The notes beneath the pieces are model-generated. The model was not told the origin of the DNA and did not search any database. It saw nothing but the letters and a program-made list of their open reading frames with translations. From Desulfurococcaceae archaeon (GTDB taxonomy: Archaea > Thermoproteota > Thermoprotei_A > Sulfolobales > Desulfurococcaceae), in contig JAWAJB010000008.1 of NCBI GenBank assembly GCA_038888155.1, positions 1 through 29,778 on the forward strand: a stretch of DNA of 29,778 bases, read 5' to 3'. A program made the translations under genes and the position numbers. Shown one piece after another: positions 17,847 through 25,974 of the stretch (its first letter is position 1; each line of letters begins with the position of its first letter).

Positions 17847-20135
17847 TTATCCGCTGTACATTAGTTGAGTTGCCTCCGCTATTGTCTTAAGGGCGTTCTC
17901 TATATTATCTATCTCCTCTATTACGCGTCTAAGCTTGGTTTCGTATTCGTCTCTCAATCTTGAGTATGCTCTTGCGCTTGCCCTATCTTTATACTGTTCT
18001 AACTTGCTCAAATATTCATTGAGTTTTTTCCTCTCCTCCTCAAGCTTATTTTTTTCGCTATAAAGCTTAGTAGCGAGATTAGACATTTCATCGTATAGTC
18101 TGATCCTGAGAGCGTTCAGTTTTTTCAGCGCGCTTTCAGGATCTCCTTTAAGGTAAATGCTTCTGCATGCACTAATCTCTTCTCCGCTGCTTTCAAGAAA
18201 GTGCATCATTTCGCGGACACCAGTCACACTGTAAAGGGGTCTGAGTGCAGAGAGCATTCCGTCCACACTGCTGGATATCACCCTGCATAGGTTGACAAAC
18301 TCGCAGGCAGCTCGAACCACCTGTTCTGGAAGAATTCCCGAAAGTTTCTCTGTCAACTCGTCGCAGCTCGTTCCTGCCGAGATAGCTCTTTCTATGCCTC
18401 TCCATACGTTTGTCTTCATTCGGACGTAAAAGACTCCCGCAATGCCACCAAGGATTATGCTGCTAATAGTTGTCACAATGAGCAGCACGTTTGTAGCTGC
18501 TCTTACGTTCACCGTTACGGGATCAGTGACGCATTTATCGTAGGGTCCCGAAGGGGGGACCGCTACGCTGAACCTATGGCCTCCAGCCCCCCTCACGATT
18601 AGCCTTAGGGTGTCGGTGGGAGGTCTAAGGATCGTCTCTGAGCGACCATCGGGGAGAGTGTGACTGACGTTTAAGGATGGCAACATAGTTAGAACATCGT
18701 TTGTTACATCACTTCCATTTAGCGTATCCAGTATACGAAGCTCGAGCAATATTTCTCCCCCCTCCTCTACCTCCCTTTGAAGCGCCCTTAATTGGCAGCT
18801 GATGGGTCTAGCTTGCACGCAAAGCTGTCCGACGCGGACCTTTTTAGAAGGGTAGTATCCTTGAGGGGCGATTTCCACGTAGACATCGTAGCAACCGGGT
18901 ACGCGCAACTGAATCGAGACTAAGGTACGACGCTCAGTAGAATCAAAGCGTACACTATCGATCGCCCTGTCTCCATCGCCCACCACCACTACACCGCTTA
19001 GGCCACCACTTCGATCAACCTCTACAGAGACTTCAGCCCGCTCTAATGCATAAACCAACCCTGTCCGTAACGTAGCCACTAGATTAAAGTCACGAAAGCC
19101 TACCGTGAGAACTTCAAGGTCGCTCCCCCTCATGCATATCACGATTACAGCGGGAACATCTGTGTAACGGGTGGCTGGAATCAAGGCCAGTACACTGTCA
19201 GCGAACTCAAGGAGTGGTCCAAACCAGCTACCTTCGATTCTCTCGCGGAAGAATAGGCATCCGTCATCCGTCAGAGCAAAATACCCCTGGCTTGCTACTA
19301 TGAAAGCTAAACCAGCGCGTAGCGCACTCACACCCCCCCTCTCACTAATCATTGTGCCATCTCCTAGCACGAGGTGCTCCACGCCATCGACCTTTACAAC
19401 GCCTATTGGCCGTGAAGGTTTTATGTTGCCTAACGATTTGATAAATAAGGTTTCGGGGTTAAGCAGCAGAACACTCTTGTCCGCCAGGATCATGTAGATG
19501 ACTCGCTCGCCCTCCATTGAAAAAACAATGTCTGCGGTCAAGCTGTAACTCAAGCTAGTCCAGTTTTTCCCTGTAAAGACAGCTATCGTGAAACTGTCTA
19601 GATCTAACATAATGATGTGCTTCCACGTGTTAAGGGGTCTCGCGTTAAAAGTGAGGGCAATAGTTTTCCCTTCAAAGATGTCCAGCAGCATAGGTTTACC
19701 GCAGTCGATAAGGACGAACTTACTGTAGACCCTACGAATACTAAGACCTTGACAAGTGCACAAGGTTCTGGAGCCCCCGCGGAGGCTGTATAACTCCAGA
19801 GAATCCTCTCTCTGCAGCAGTAAATCCTCCTCAAGAACGTAGATAGCCTTTAGACCCCGAGGGTCTATTTTCCCAGTCCGCAACCCCTCTGATGTCACCA
19901 CGAGAACGGTTCCATCTCTGCTGACAGCAGCAAAGGATCTAGTGAAGATATTAAATTCGTGGAGAAAGACGTCTTTGAACCTGTAAACGCTAAGAGGCTC
20001 TACGCGCTGGCCCATCGCAACAGCAGAATGTAGAAGGCATGCTACGACTAAAACTAGAAGGTAAATTAATCCTATACGTTTGGAAGCCCTTTTCTCCGAA
20101 ACTGCTGGTATGAAGAAAAGCTTATTAGGAAGCAC
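17847..20135 (-). CDS. Receptor-like single-pass membrane protein (762 aa)
   Basis: Signal peptide, short beta-strand repeats (propeller-like), Ig-like segments, TM helix VLLIVTTISSIILGGIAGVFYV and a cytoplasmic helical/coiled-coil tail of about 190 aa. Confidence 0.78.
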   Translation of the reverse strand: MLPNKLFFIPAVSEKRASKRIGLIYLLVLVVACLLHSAVAMGQRVEPLSVYRFKDVFLHEFNIFTRSFAAVSRDGTVLVVTSEGLRTGKIDPRGLKAIYVLEEDLLLQREDSLELYSLRGGSRTLCTCQGLSIRRVYSKFVLIDCGKPMLLDIFEGKTIALTFNARPLNTWKHIIMLDLDSFTIAVFTGKNWTSLSYSLTADIVFSMEGERVIYMILADKSVLLLNPETLFIKSLGNIKPSRPIGVVKVDGVEHLVLGDGTMISERGGVSALRAGLAFIVASQGYFALTDDGCLFFRERIEGSWFGPLLEFADSVLALIPATRYTDVPAVIVICMRGSDLEVLTVGFRDFNLVATLRTGLVYALERAEVSVEVDRSGGLSGVVVVGDGDRAIDSVRFDSTERRTLVSIQLRVPGCYDVYVEIAPQGYYPSKKVRVGQLCVQARPISCQLRALQREVEEGGEILLELRILDTLNGSDVTNDVLTMLPSLNVSHTLPDGRSETILRPPTDTLRLIVRGAGGHRFSVAVPPSGPYDKCVTDPVTVNVRAATNVLLIVTTISSIILGGIAGVFYVRMKTNVWRGIERAISAGTSCDELTEKLSGILPEQVVRAACEFVNLCRVISSSVDGMLSALRPLYSVTGVREMMHFLESSGEEISACRSIYLKGDPESALKKLNALRIRLYDEMSNLATKLYSEKNKLEEERKKLNEYLSKLEQYKDRASARAYSRLRDEYETKLRRVIEEIDNIENALKTIAEATQLMYSG

Positions 20136-20152
20136 AGTTTCCCCCTTTTAGT

Positions 20153-20614
20153 GTGGAAAAGAATAAAGTAATGAACCTTACGCTCCTCGCACTGACCGCA
20201 ATCATCTTGGTTTTGCCTCTCGCAGCCTCTCAACACCAATTCCCTATGCGCATCGAGAATGCAGTAACTCGTGACGAGGAAGGTTATCCTAAAAGTACAT
20301 TCAAGAGGGGCGATCTCGTACTAGTTGAAGCGAGAGTTGTATGTCCATTCGAGTATTACGCTCCACCTGAGTATAAGTTCTTATACATTGTAAAATTTGT
20401 TGATAGTCGTGGTGTAACCTTCTACTATGGTGTAGTCTACGGTGCGCTTCAACCTGGGAAAAACGCTACTTACGTAGTGGGTGGCAAGATTCCCGAAAAC
20501 GCGCCTACGGGCACCTACAGGGCTTATATTTACGTATGGAGTAACTGGCCAGCCTACGAGACGCCCACAGCATATGCTGAGTATGTTAGCATTGATTTCA
20601 CAGTGACACCGTAG
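20153..20614 (+). CDS. Secreted single Ig-like (MG2/macroglobulin-like) domain protein
   Basis: Signal peptide, FKRGDLVLVEARV and IPENAPTGTYRAYIYVW. AAAAGCTTATTA box about 25 nt upstream. Confidence 0.75.
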   Translation: MEKNKVMNLTLLALTAIILVLPLAASQHQFPMRIENAVTRDEEGYPKSTFKRGDLVLVEARVVCPFEYYAPPEYKFLYIVKFVDSRGVTFYYGVVYGALQPGKNATYVVGGKIPENAPTGTYRAYIYVWSNWPAYETPTAYAEYVSIDFTVTP

Positions 20615-20631
20615 ACGCAGCCGCGTCTTAG

Positions 20632-23600
20632 GTGTTTTTGATGAAGGAAGGGGCGAGAAGAAGTTTATTGAAAAACTTAGTTGCAGCTGCTATATTTAGT
20701 ATCTTCGTCTTTTCGGGGCTTTTCTCCTGCTTGATTTACGCAGCGGATACGGTGCGGATCAGCATCATTTTGCCGCAGCCTGCTTACCCGTTAGGTTCGC
20801 GAGTGGTTGTTTACGCGAGGGTCACGATGGATGGTGCACCCTATCCCGGTGCCGTTGTTCTCTGGGAGTTGAAGGATCCGCAGGGTATAAGGAAGGATTT
20901 CGGTCAGGCTACAACGAATGCCACAGGCTACGCCACAATAGCCTTTGACACTTCGAAAGATTGGCTACCCGGACCTTACAATTTAACAGCGGCGGTTTCA
21001 GGTACGGAAGCTCGAAATACCACAACAGTCTATTTGAAGAGATCGTTAGCGAAGCTTACAGTTAATGTAGCGCCTTCCTCGACATGGAGAGGTAACAACA
21101 TAGTAATCTCAGGTTACGTGGTATTTGATCCCGCTCCGAGCGCTTACGCTGGTACTATAAAAGTTTACATTGATGATCAGCTAATCTGGAGTCTCTCCCT
21201 CTCCCCGGATGGCAGGTTTAGCTCCCCACCGTTTAATACCACATATTTGCGATCAGGTACGCGTACAGCAAGAGTAGAGCTCCTGGAAACGGTTGAGTAT
21301 TTCGGAGGCGTGAACTCTACAACTTTCCTAATCGATAGGGTGCTGGTAACGGATTTCTCGGTGCCAATACCCGGAAGAGTTAATGCAAATAGCACCCAAA
21401 CAATAAAGTTCAGGTTGCAATACGAAAGCGACAATTCGCCTTTTACAGACGCTGCTGGAAGCAAGGTATGGATCAACGGTACTCAAGCTAACTACTCTAA
21501 CGGTTGGTGGTACATCACTTATACAGCCAATCTCGGCAACTACACGTTCGTAATTACAGGCGTAGAAGACAACTTCAGGACAAAATCCGACCGCTTCTGG
21601 TCCCTGCTTGTTAAACCTCCGAGTGTAGTCTGGGACGCAATTATAATAGCGAACTGGACTATCCTGGACTCTGATAGAAGAGTCGACGTTAACTCTACTC
21701 AAAGCATATACATTTTCGCTCACTATTGGTACGATAATAAACCCCTGCGAGGGAGAATCGTACTTAACGGTACTTTCTCTGGGGAAGAGTGGGTTGCAAA
21801 CTGGGGTATAAAGATCGACGTGACGCATGCGTCAGTGGCTAAGGTTGCCTATTTACCGACCTATGTTAGAGATTACAACTTTAACCTTACAGCTTTCGTC
21901 ATACAGTACGTCCAAGCCCCTCAGCTGATATGGGATATGGTTATAGTTAAAGAGTCAAGAGTTTCCAGAAGCAGAGTAGACGTGGAATCCGAACAATGGG
22001 CCGAGTTTCTCCTAGTGCACGCTTACGATGGTGAGGGCGTTACCGGCGGAAGCGTGGTAACTTCGGAGGGGGCTGCAACGCACAGGGGTGGCGGGTGGTG
22101 GAGGGTAACAGTAACAAGCCCTGTGACCAGAAAGTTGGAAGTAAGAGTCACCTCCGTGGAGAGCCAGTATGGTATAACGGTTTTCAGGCATGAGGCACCT
22201 GCTGCTGCCATAATTTTCGATAGAGTGGTCTTTGAAGTCTCTGCTCCTGCGAGGCTCAACGTTGGTACAGCCGTAGGAAACAGGTTAAGGGTTACAGCTT
22301 ACTATCAGTACGATAGGACGGCTTTCGAGGGCTCCTACGAGGTTACACCCTCACCTGACACTGTCGTGACCACTGTGACAGCTGTGAGCTACACTGTTAC
22401 ATGGATGGCAGAAACAAAGTATGGATTAACTAAGTTTGTTAGCACGACAGCTGTGGTTCGGTACGACAGATTGATCATAGCGAGCTACAGTGTTGATAAT
22501 AACTTTATGATCCTCGAGTTCGTGGTTAGTTACGAGTCCGATAAGGCTCCAGCGGTAGCGGAAGCGAGGGTGCTTGCTGGTGAAAGAGTACTTGCCACTT
22601 TATCGACGACGCGCGAGGGCGTGGCTAGGTTCAATTACACACCGTTCCTCGAGGAGCTTAGCCGAGTTGCAAGCGTAATAATTGAACCAGTCCGGTCTTT
22701 AGAGTACGAGGTCACAGTAGGGGTTAGAGTTGAAGTTCCTGTTAAGCTGCTGAGGAGTATTCTTACGATAGACCCTAGGTGTCAAAACAACTTCATCATT
22801 AAACTAGAACCATTCTTTACAGATGGAAGACTGGCTAAGGTTTCAACTATGCTGGAAGTTGAAGCCCTTGAGAGGATAGTTAAGTGGCTAAGAACGGGAG
22901 AAACTTTAGAGACTGTGCTAAGGCCCGGTATCAATACTGTAACCCTACTGGAGCTCCGCGTTGAGGATACGGATGTGATAGTCCCCAACGCTAAGACATT
23001 CTTGGGTTTCCGAAGGGCTTACAACGTTGCACTCGAAATGAAACTTTCAATCCCGACTTTCCACTACACAGGGTATCCGGATGCGCTGCTTCCCGGCTCA
23101 ATCGATTTAGTAAACACCGGCAATGTAACGCTTTGCAGCATTCAGGTAGTAACAACCCTGGAGAGAATAGGTCTCATTAGAGAAGGTCGTATAATCATCG
23201 ATCTGCTGCCGGCTGGGGTTAAGATAAGTCGACCGCTCACCGAGTTTAGGATAAAGACAGCATACGATGTTGGAGTTTTCAACGTAACGGTCATTGCCTA
23301 CTATGAACCCGGACGAAATGTTCTGGCTATTGAAACAACCAAAGTTACTTTTGTTAAAGAATTGCCTGCTGATCTTGAAAAGTTGGTTAGAGAAAGAGAA
23401 AGGCTTCTAGAAGTAATGCCTTCCTGGGATAAGGAGTACTTTATAAAAGCGGTAGATGAACAAGTATTCCTATACAACGAAACAGGGAAGTACGATCCCT
23501 CGATTGTAGCTAACTTATTAGGTAGACTAAAGATCGCTGAGGAACTAATAAGCCTCCTCAATAAAATTTCGCAATGGTTGACCAGCCTTAATAGAACATA

Positions 23601-24210
23601 CGTAGAGTACAGGGAGTGCATGGGTCTCCATATGCTCAGCGATGAGCTAGATAAGGCTACGGATATTTGGAGACAGCTGCGCCACGAGGAGGCATACCAG
23701 CGAATGTCCCTGGTCTACGTGGCGGTTCAAATAATCTACGAAAGATCGCATGAGCTTGTTCGTGCGTGCTCACTTGCTGCGCCTCTGCCTATCGAGCATG
23801 GGAGATACCTTGCTAGCATAATAGCCGATGCTATTAGGCTGGCACTACAGAACCAGACGGATTTAGCGAACCAGCGGTTGAGCGAAGCTGGTCGAGTAGC
23901 AAGCCTAATGGCTGCAGCTTGGGATGCGCTTAGACTAGCTGAGGAAGCGATCAGAAGGGCTGAGGCTGAGGGCAGGACGTGGGGTCTTGACAAAGCTAGA
24001 AGTTTACTAGGTGAGGCTCGCTCCCTATTCGATCAGAGGTTGTACGAGGAAGCTGGCGGGAGAGCCCTAAAGGCTAAGGAAGCGGCTGATGCCGCTGTCA
24101 GTCCCCTCACGTTTGTACTACCTATAGTAGTGGTGGTCATCGTAATGGTGGTAGTCGGTTACTTGGTATACAGGGCAATACGAATTAGAAAAATCCTGAA
24201 AAGTAGTTAA
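20632..24210 (+). CDS. Large membrane-anchored surface protein with tandem Ig-like repeats (S-layer/adhesin-like)
   Basis: Signal peptide, MG2-like first domain, about 5 beta repeats, helical stalk, C-terminal TM helix and basic tail. Many sequons. Confidence 0.8.
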   Translation: MFLMKEGARRSLLKNLVAAAIFSIFVFSGLFSCLIYAADTVRISIILPQPAYPLGSRVVVYARVTMDGAPYPGAVVLWELKDPQGIRKDFGQATTNATGYATIAFDTSKDWLPGPYNLTAAVSGTEARNTTTVYLKRSLAKLTVNVAPSSTWRGNNIVISGYVVFDPAPSAYAGTIKVYIDDQLIWSLSLSPDGRFSSPPFNTTYLRSGTRTARVELLETVEYFGGVNSTTFLIDRVLVTDFSVPIPGRVNANSTQTIKFRLQYESDNSPFTDAAGSKVWINGTQANYSNGWWYITYTANLGNYTFVITGVEDNFRTKSDRFWSLLVKPPSVVWDAIIIANWTILDSDRRVDVNSTQSIYIFAHYWYDNKPLRGRIVLNGTFSGEEWVANWGIKIDVTHASVAKVAYLPTYVRDYNFNLTAFVIQYVQAPQLIWDMVIVKESRVSRSRVDVESEQWAEFLLVHAYDGEGVTGGSVVTSEGAATHRGGGWWRVTVTSPVTRKLEVRVTSVESQYGITVFRHEAPAAAIIFDRVVFEVSAPARLNVGTAVGNRLRVTAYYQYDRTAFEGSYEVTPSPDTVVTTVTAVSYTVTWMAETKYGLTKFVSTTAVVRYDRLIIASYSVDNNFMILEFVVSYESDKAPAVAEARVLAGERVLATLSTTREGVARFNYTPFLEELSRVASVIIEPVRSLEYEVTVGVRVEVPVKLLRSILTIDPRCQNNFIIKLEPFFTDGRLAKVSTMLEVEALERIVKWLRTGETLETVLRPGINTVTLLELRVEDTDVIVPNAKTFLGFRRAYNVALEMKLSIPTFHYTGYPDALLPGSIDLVNTGNVTLCSIQVVTTLERIGLIREGRIIIDLLPAGVKISRPLTEFRIKTAYDVGVFNVTVIAYYEPGRNVLAIETTKVTFVKELPADLEKLVRERERLLEVMPSWDKEYFIKAVDEQVFLYNETGKYDPSIVANLLGRLKIAEELISLLNKISQWLTSLNRTYVEYRECMGLHMLSDELDKATDIWRQLRHEEAYQRMSLVYVAVQIIYERSHELVRACSLAAPLPIEHGRYLASIIADAIRLALQNQTDLANQRLSEAGRVASLMAAAWDALRLAEEAIRRAEAEGRTWGLDKARSLLGEARSLFDQRLYEEAGGRALKAKEAADAAVSPLTFVLPIVVVVIVMVVVGYLVYRAIRIRKILKSS
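21331..22560 (+). repeat. About five degenerate protein-level repeats of 90-100 aa within the 1192-aa protein
   Basis: Repeat starts IDRVLV, WDAIII, WDMVIV, FDRVVF and YDRLII. Most are followed by R(V/L)(D/N)(V/A) and each by a Y/H-x-Y/S-D motif. Confidence 0.6.
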
Positions 24211-24215
24211 AAATA

Positions 24216-24226
24216 TTTCTTTTTTT
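24216..24226 (+). terminator. Oligo-T archaeal terminator candidate
   Basis: TTTCTTTTTTT just after the stop at 24210. Confidence 0.4.
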
Positions 24227-24282
24227 ATCCCTTTAGCGTCAAGATAGCAAACCTTATAAGTAAGGTATTACTCGCAGCATAC

Positions 24283-25503
24283 ATGCGCAGGGGCACTTCG
24301 AGTATCTTTATAGTTTTTCTCATCGTACTGAGTTTAAGCGTTCTGGCGGCTCCCTATACGGTTAGTGCCACTACAGATAAGCAAGAGTACAAGCCTGGCG
24401 ACAAAGTTACTGTGCGCGTCACTATTAAGCCGGCAGAGACTGTGGTTCTTCTCTGGGAAGTTAAAGATCCTGAGCAAAAGAGGAGAGATTTCGGTCAGGT
24501 TACTTGTCAAGGGGGAACATGTAGTTTTGATTTTGTGACGGGGAGTAATTGGCCCACAGGCACATACACCCTTATCATCGCGGTTTCCGGTACAAACGAT
24601 AAGGGTTACGTCACCTTCACGCTACGCGTACCGGAAGCTCAGCCTCCCGCACCACCCCCATCTGCCCCTCCGACCCCTCCTGCTATCGACTACGCGTTCC
24701 TCTCCCGCATCAGGATTGAGGCCACTAACAAGTCTCTATGTGAACTCAATGCTACTATCCGCATCCTTTCTCACGTCATGAACACGTTGAATTTAACATT
24801 GAATCCCGAGTATCTTGAGCAGCTCAATAGGATAGCCGAAACCCTGAAGAAGGCCATCGATAGTTATAGTAAGAAAAATTACGAAAATGCATATACATTA
24901 GCAAACTTAGCTTATCAGGAGATAACTAAACTCATAGAAGTTTTCGCAAATGACGCCATTCAAGTTTTCAGGAATGTATTGAGTTACTTTTTGGCCCGGA
25001 CACAGGATCCTACAACGGTTGAACTATTAAACTCCATAGGCACGGAATTGGCAAGTGCGTCACCAACTGACAAGGATATTCTTACTAAGCTCGCAGCGAC
25101 GGGGAGGGTTCTCGTCGTTATCGCTCGAACCCTTAAGGTTCCTGAACTGGAGAAGAGCTTATTGAGCTTGAGCCAGAAAGCAGAGGCCTTGGAGGGGCTC
25201 GTGAAGAGCTTGAATCAGTCGAATGTTGAACTTCAAGCAAGGTTACTCGTTCTACAGTCTGAGAAAAGTGAGTTGGCTGAGCAAGTCGAGAACCTAACAA
25301 GCCTTGTGAACGAGCTCAGAGGAGAGCTTAATCGTGTCAACCAATTAAACGCGGAATTAAGCAACGAAAACTTGCAACTCAAGGAACAATTGTCTCAAAG
25401 CGTAACTCGAAGCAGTGCAATTGCAGCCGCTTTAGCAGCCGCACTTATGGGGGCTGCGGTTGGAACCGCGCTAGGCAAATTTATAGGAAAAAAGCGGAAG
25501 TAG
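24283..25503 (+). CDS. Surface stalk protein: MG2-like domain, Pro-rich linker, coiled coil, C-terminal anchor (SlaB-like architecture)
   Basis: TTDKQEYKPGDKVTV domain, PEAQPPAPPPSAPPTPPA linker, long heptad repeat, TM helix and KKRK tail. AAACCTTATAAG box at 24249-24260. Confidence 0.8.
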   Translation: MRRGTSSIFIVFLIVLSLSVLAAPYTVSATTDKQEYKPGDKVTVRVTIKPAETVVLLWEVKDPEQKRRDFGQVTCQGGTCSFDFVTGSNWPTGTYTLIIAVSGTNDKGYVTFTLRVPEAQPPAPPPSAPPTPPAIDYAFLSRIRIEATNKSLCELNATIRILSHVMNTLNLTLNPEYLEQLNRIAETLKKAIDSYSKKNYENAYTLANLAYQEITKLIEVFANDAIQVFRNVLSYFLARTQDPTTVELLNSIGTELASASPTDKDILTKLAATGRVLVVIARTLKVPELEKSLLSLSQKAEALEGLVKSLNQSNVELQARLLVLQSEKSELAEQVENLTSLVNELRGELNRVNQLNAELSNENLQLKEQLSQSVTRSSAIAAALAAALMGAAVGTALGKFIGKKRK

Positions 25504-25530
25504 GGGAAAGGCAAATCTTAGGCGGTATAA

Positions 25531-25974
25531 ATGCAGAACCCCCTTAAGATGCTATCGACAGGGGCCCTCCTAACCATACTGATGATACTGCTGACCTACG
25601 CGGCATTAAACTATGGCGTCGTATTGAGTACCTACGCCAAGTACTGGAGTATTAGAAGCCCTGTTGGCCCTCTTGATGATAGACAGTATAAGCCTGCTAT
25701 TATCCTTTCAGTATCTGAAACACCAGAATGTATAAAGGTTAGGCTGATGAGAACGTATGCTAAACCGGGTTTTCTCAAACTTACCATTGTTGCTAGATTA
25801 TTCACGCGTGAAGGCGGAATAGCGATCTTGGCTGCAACGATTCAAGCGCCCGTAGGGACGCTTCAGGAGCTTATCTTCCAGGGGGGAATGCATGAGCCTC
25901 TCGAATGCGTTGAGATATCTGTCACTGTTGATAGCACCGAGGTGGATAAATGGAGCAGCTGCATTCGATCTTAA
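25531..25974 (+). CDS. Hypothetical protein with an N-terminal membrane anchor
   Basis: Hydrophobic N-terminus followed by a small beta domain. Co-oriented with neighbours. Confidence 0.6.
   Translation: MQNPLKMLSTGALLTILMILLTYAALNYGVVLSTYAKYWSIRSPVGPLDDRQYKPAIILSVSETPECIKVRLMRTYAKPGFLKLTIVARLFTREGGIAILAATIQAPVGTLQELIFQGGMHEPLECVEISVTVDSTEVDKWSSCIRS

Noticed and set aside
1-20135. Provirus or integrative mobile element explaining the low-GC block
   Set aside because: No integrase, transposase, capsid, replication gene or att-like repeat was seen within the window.
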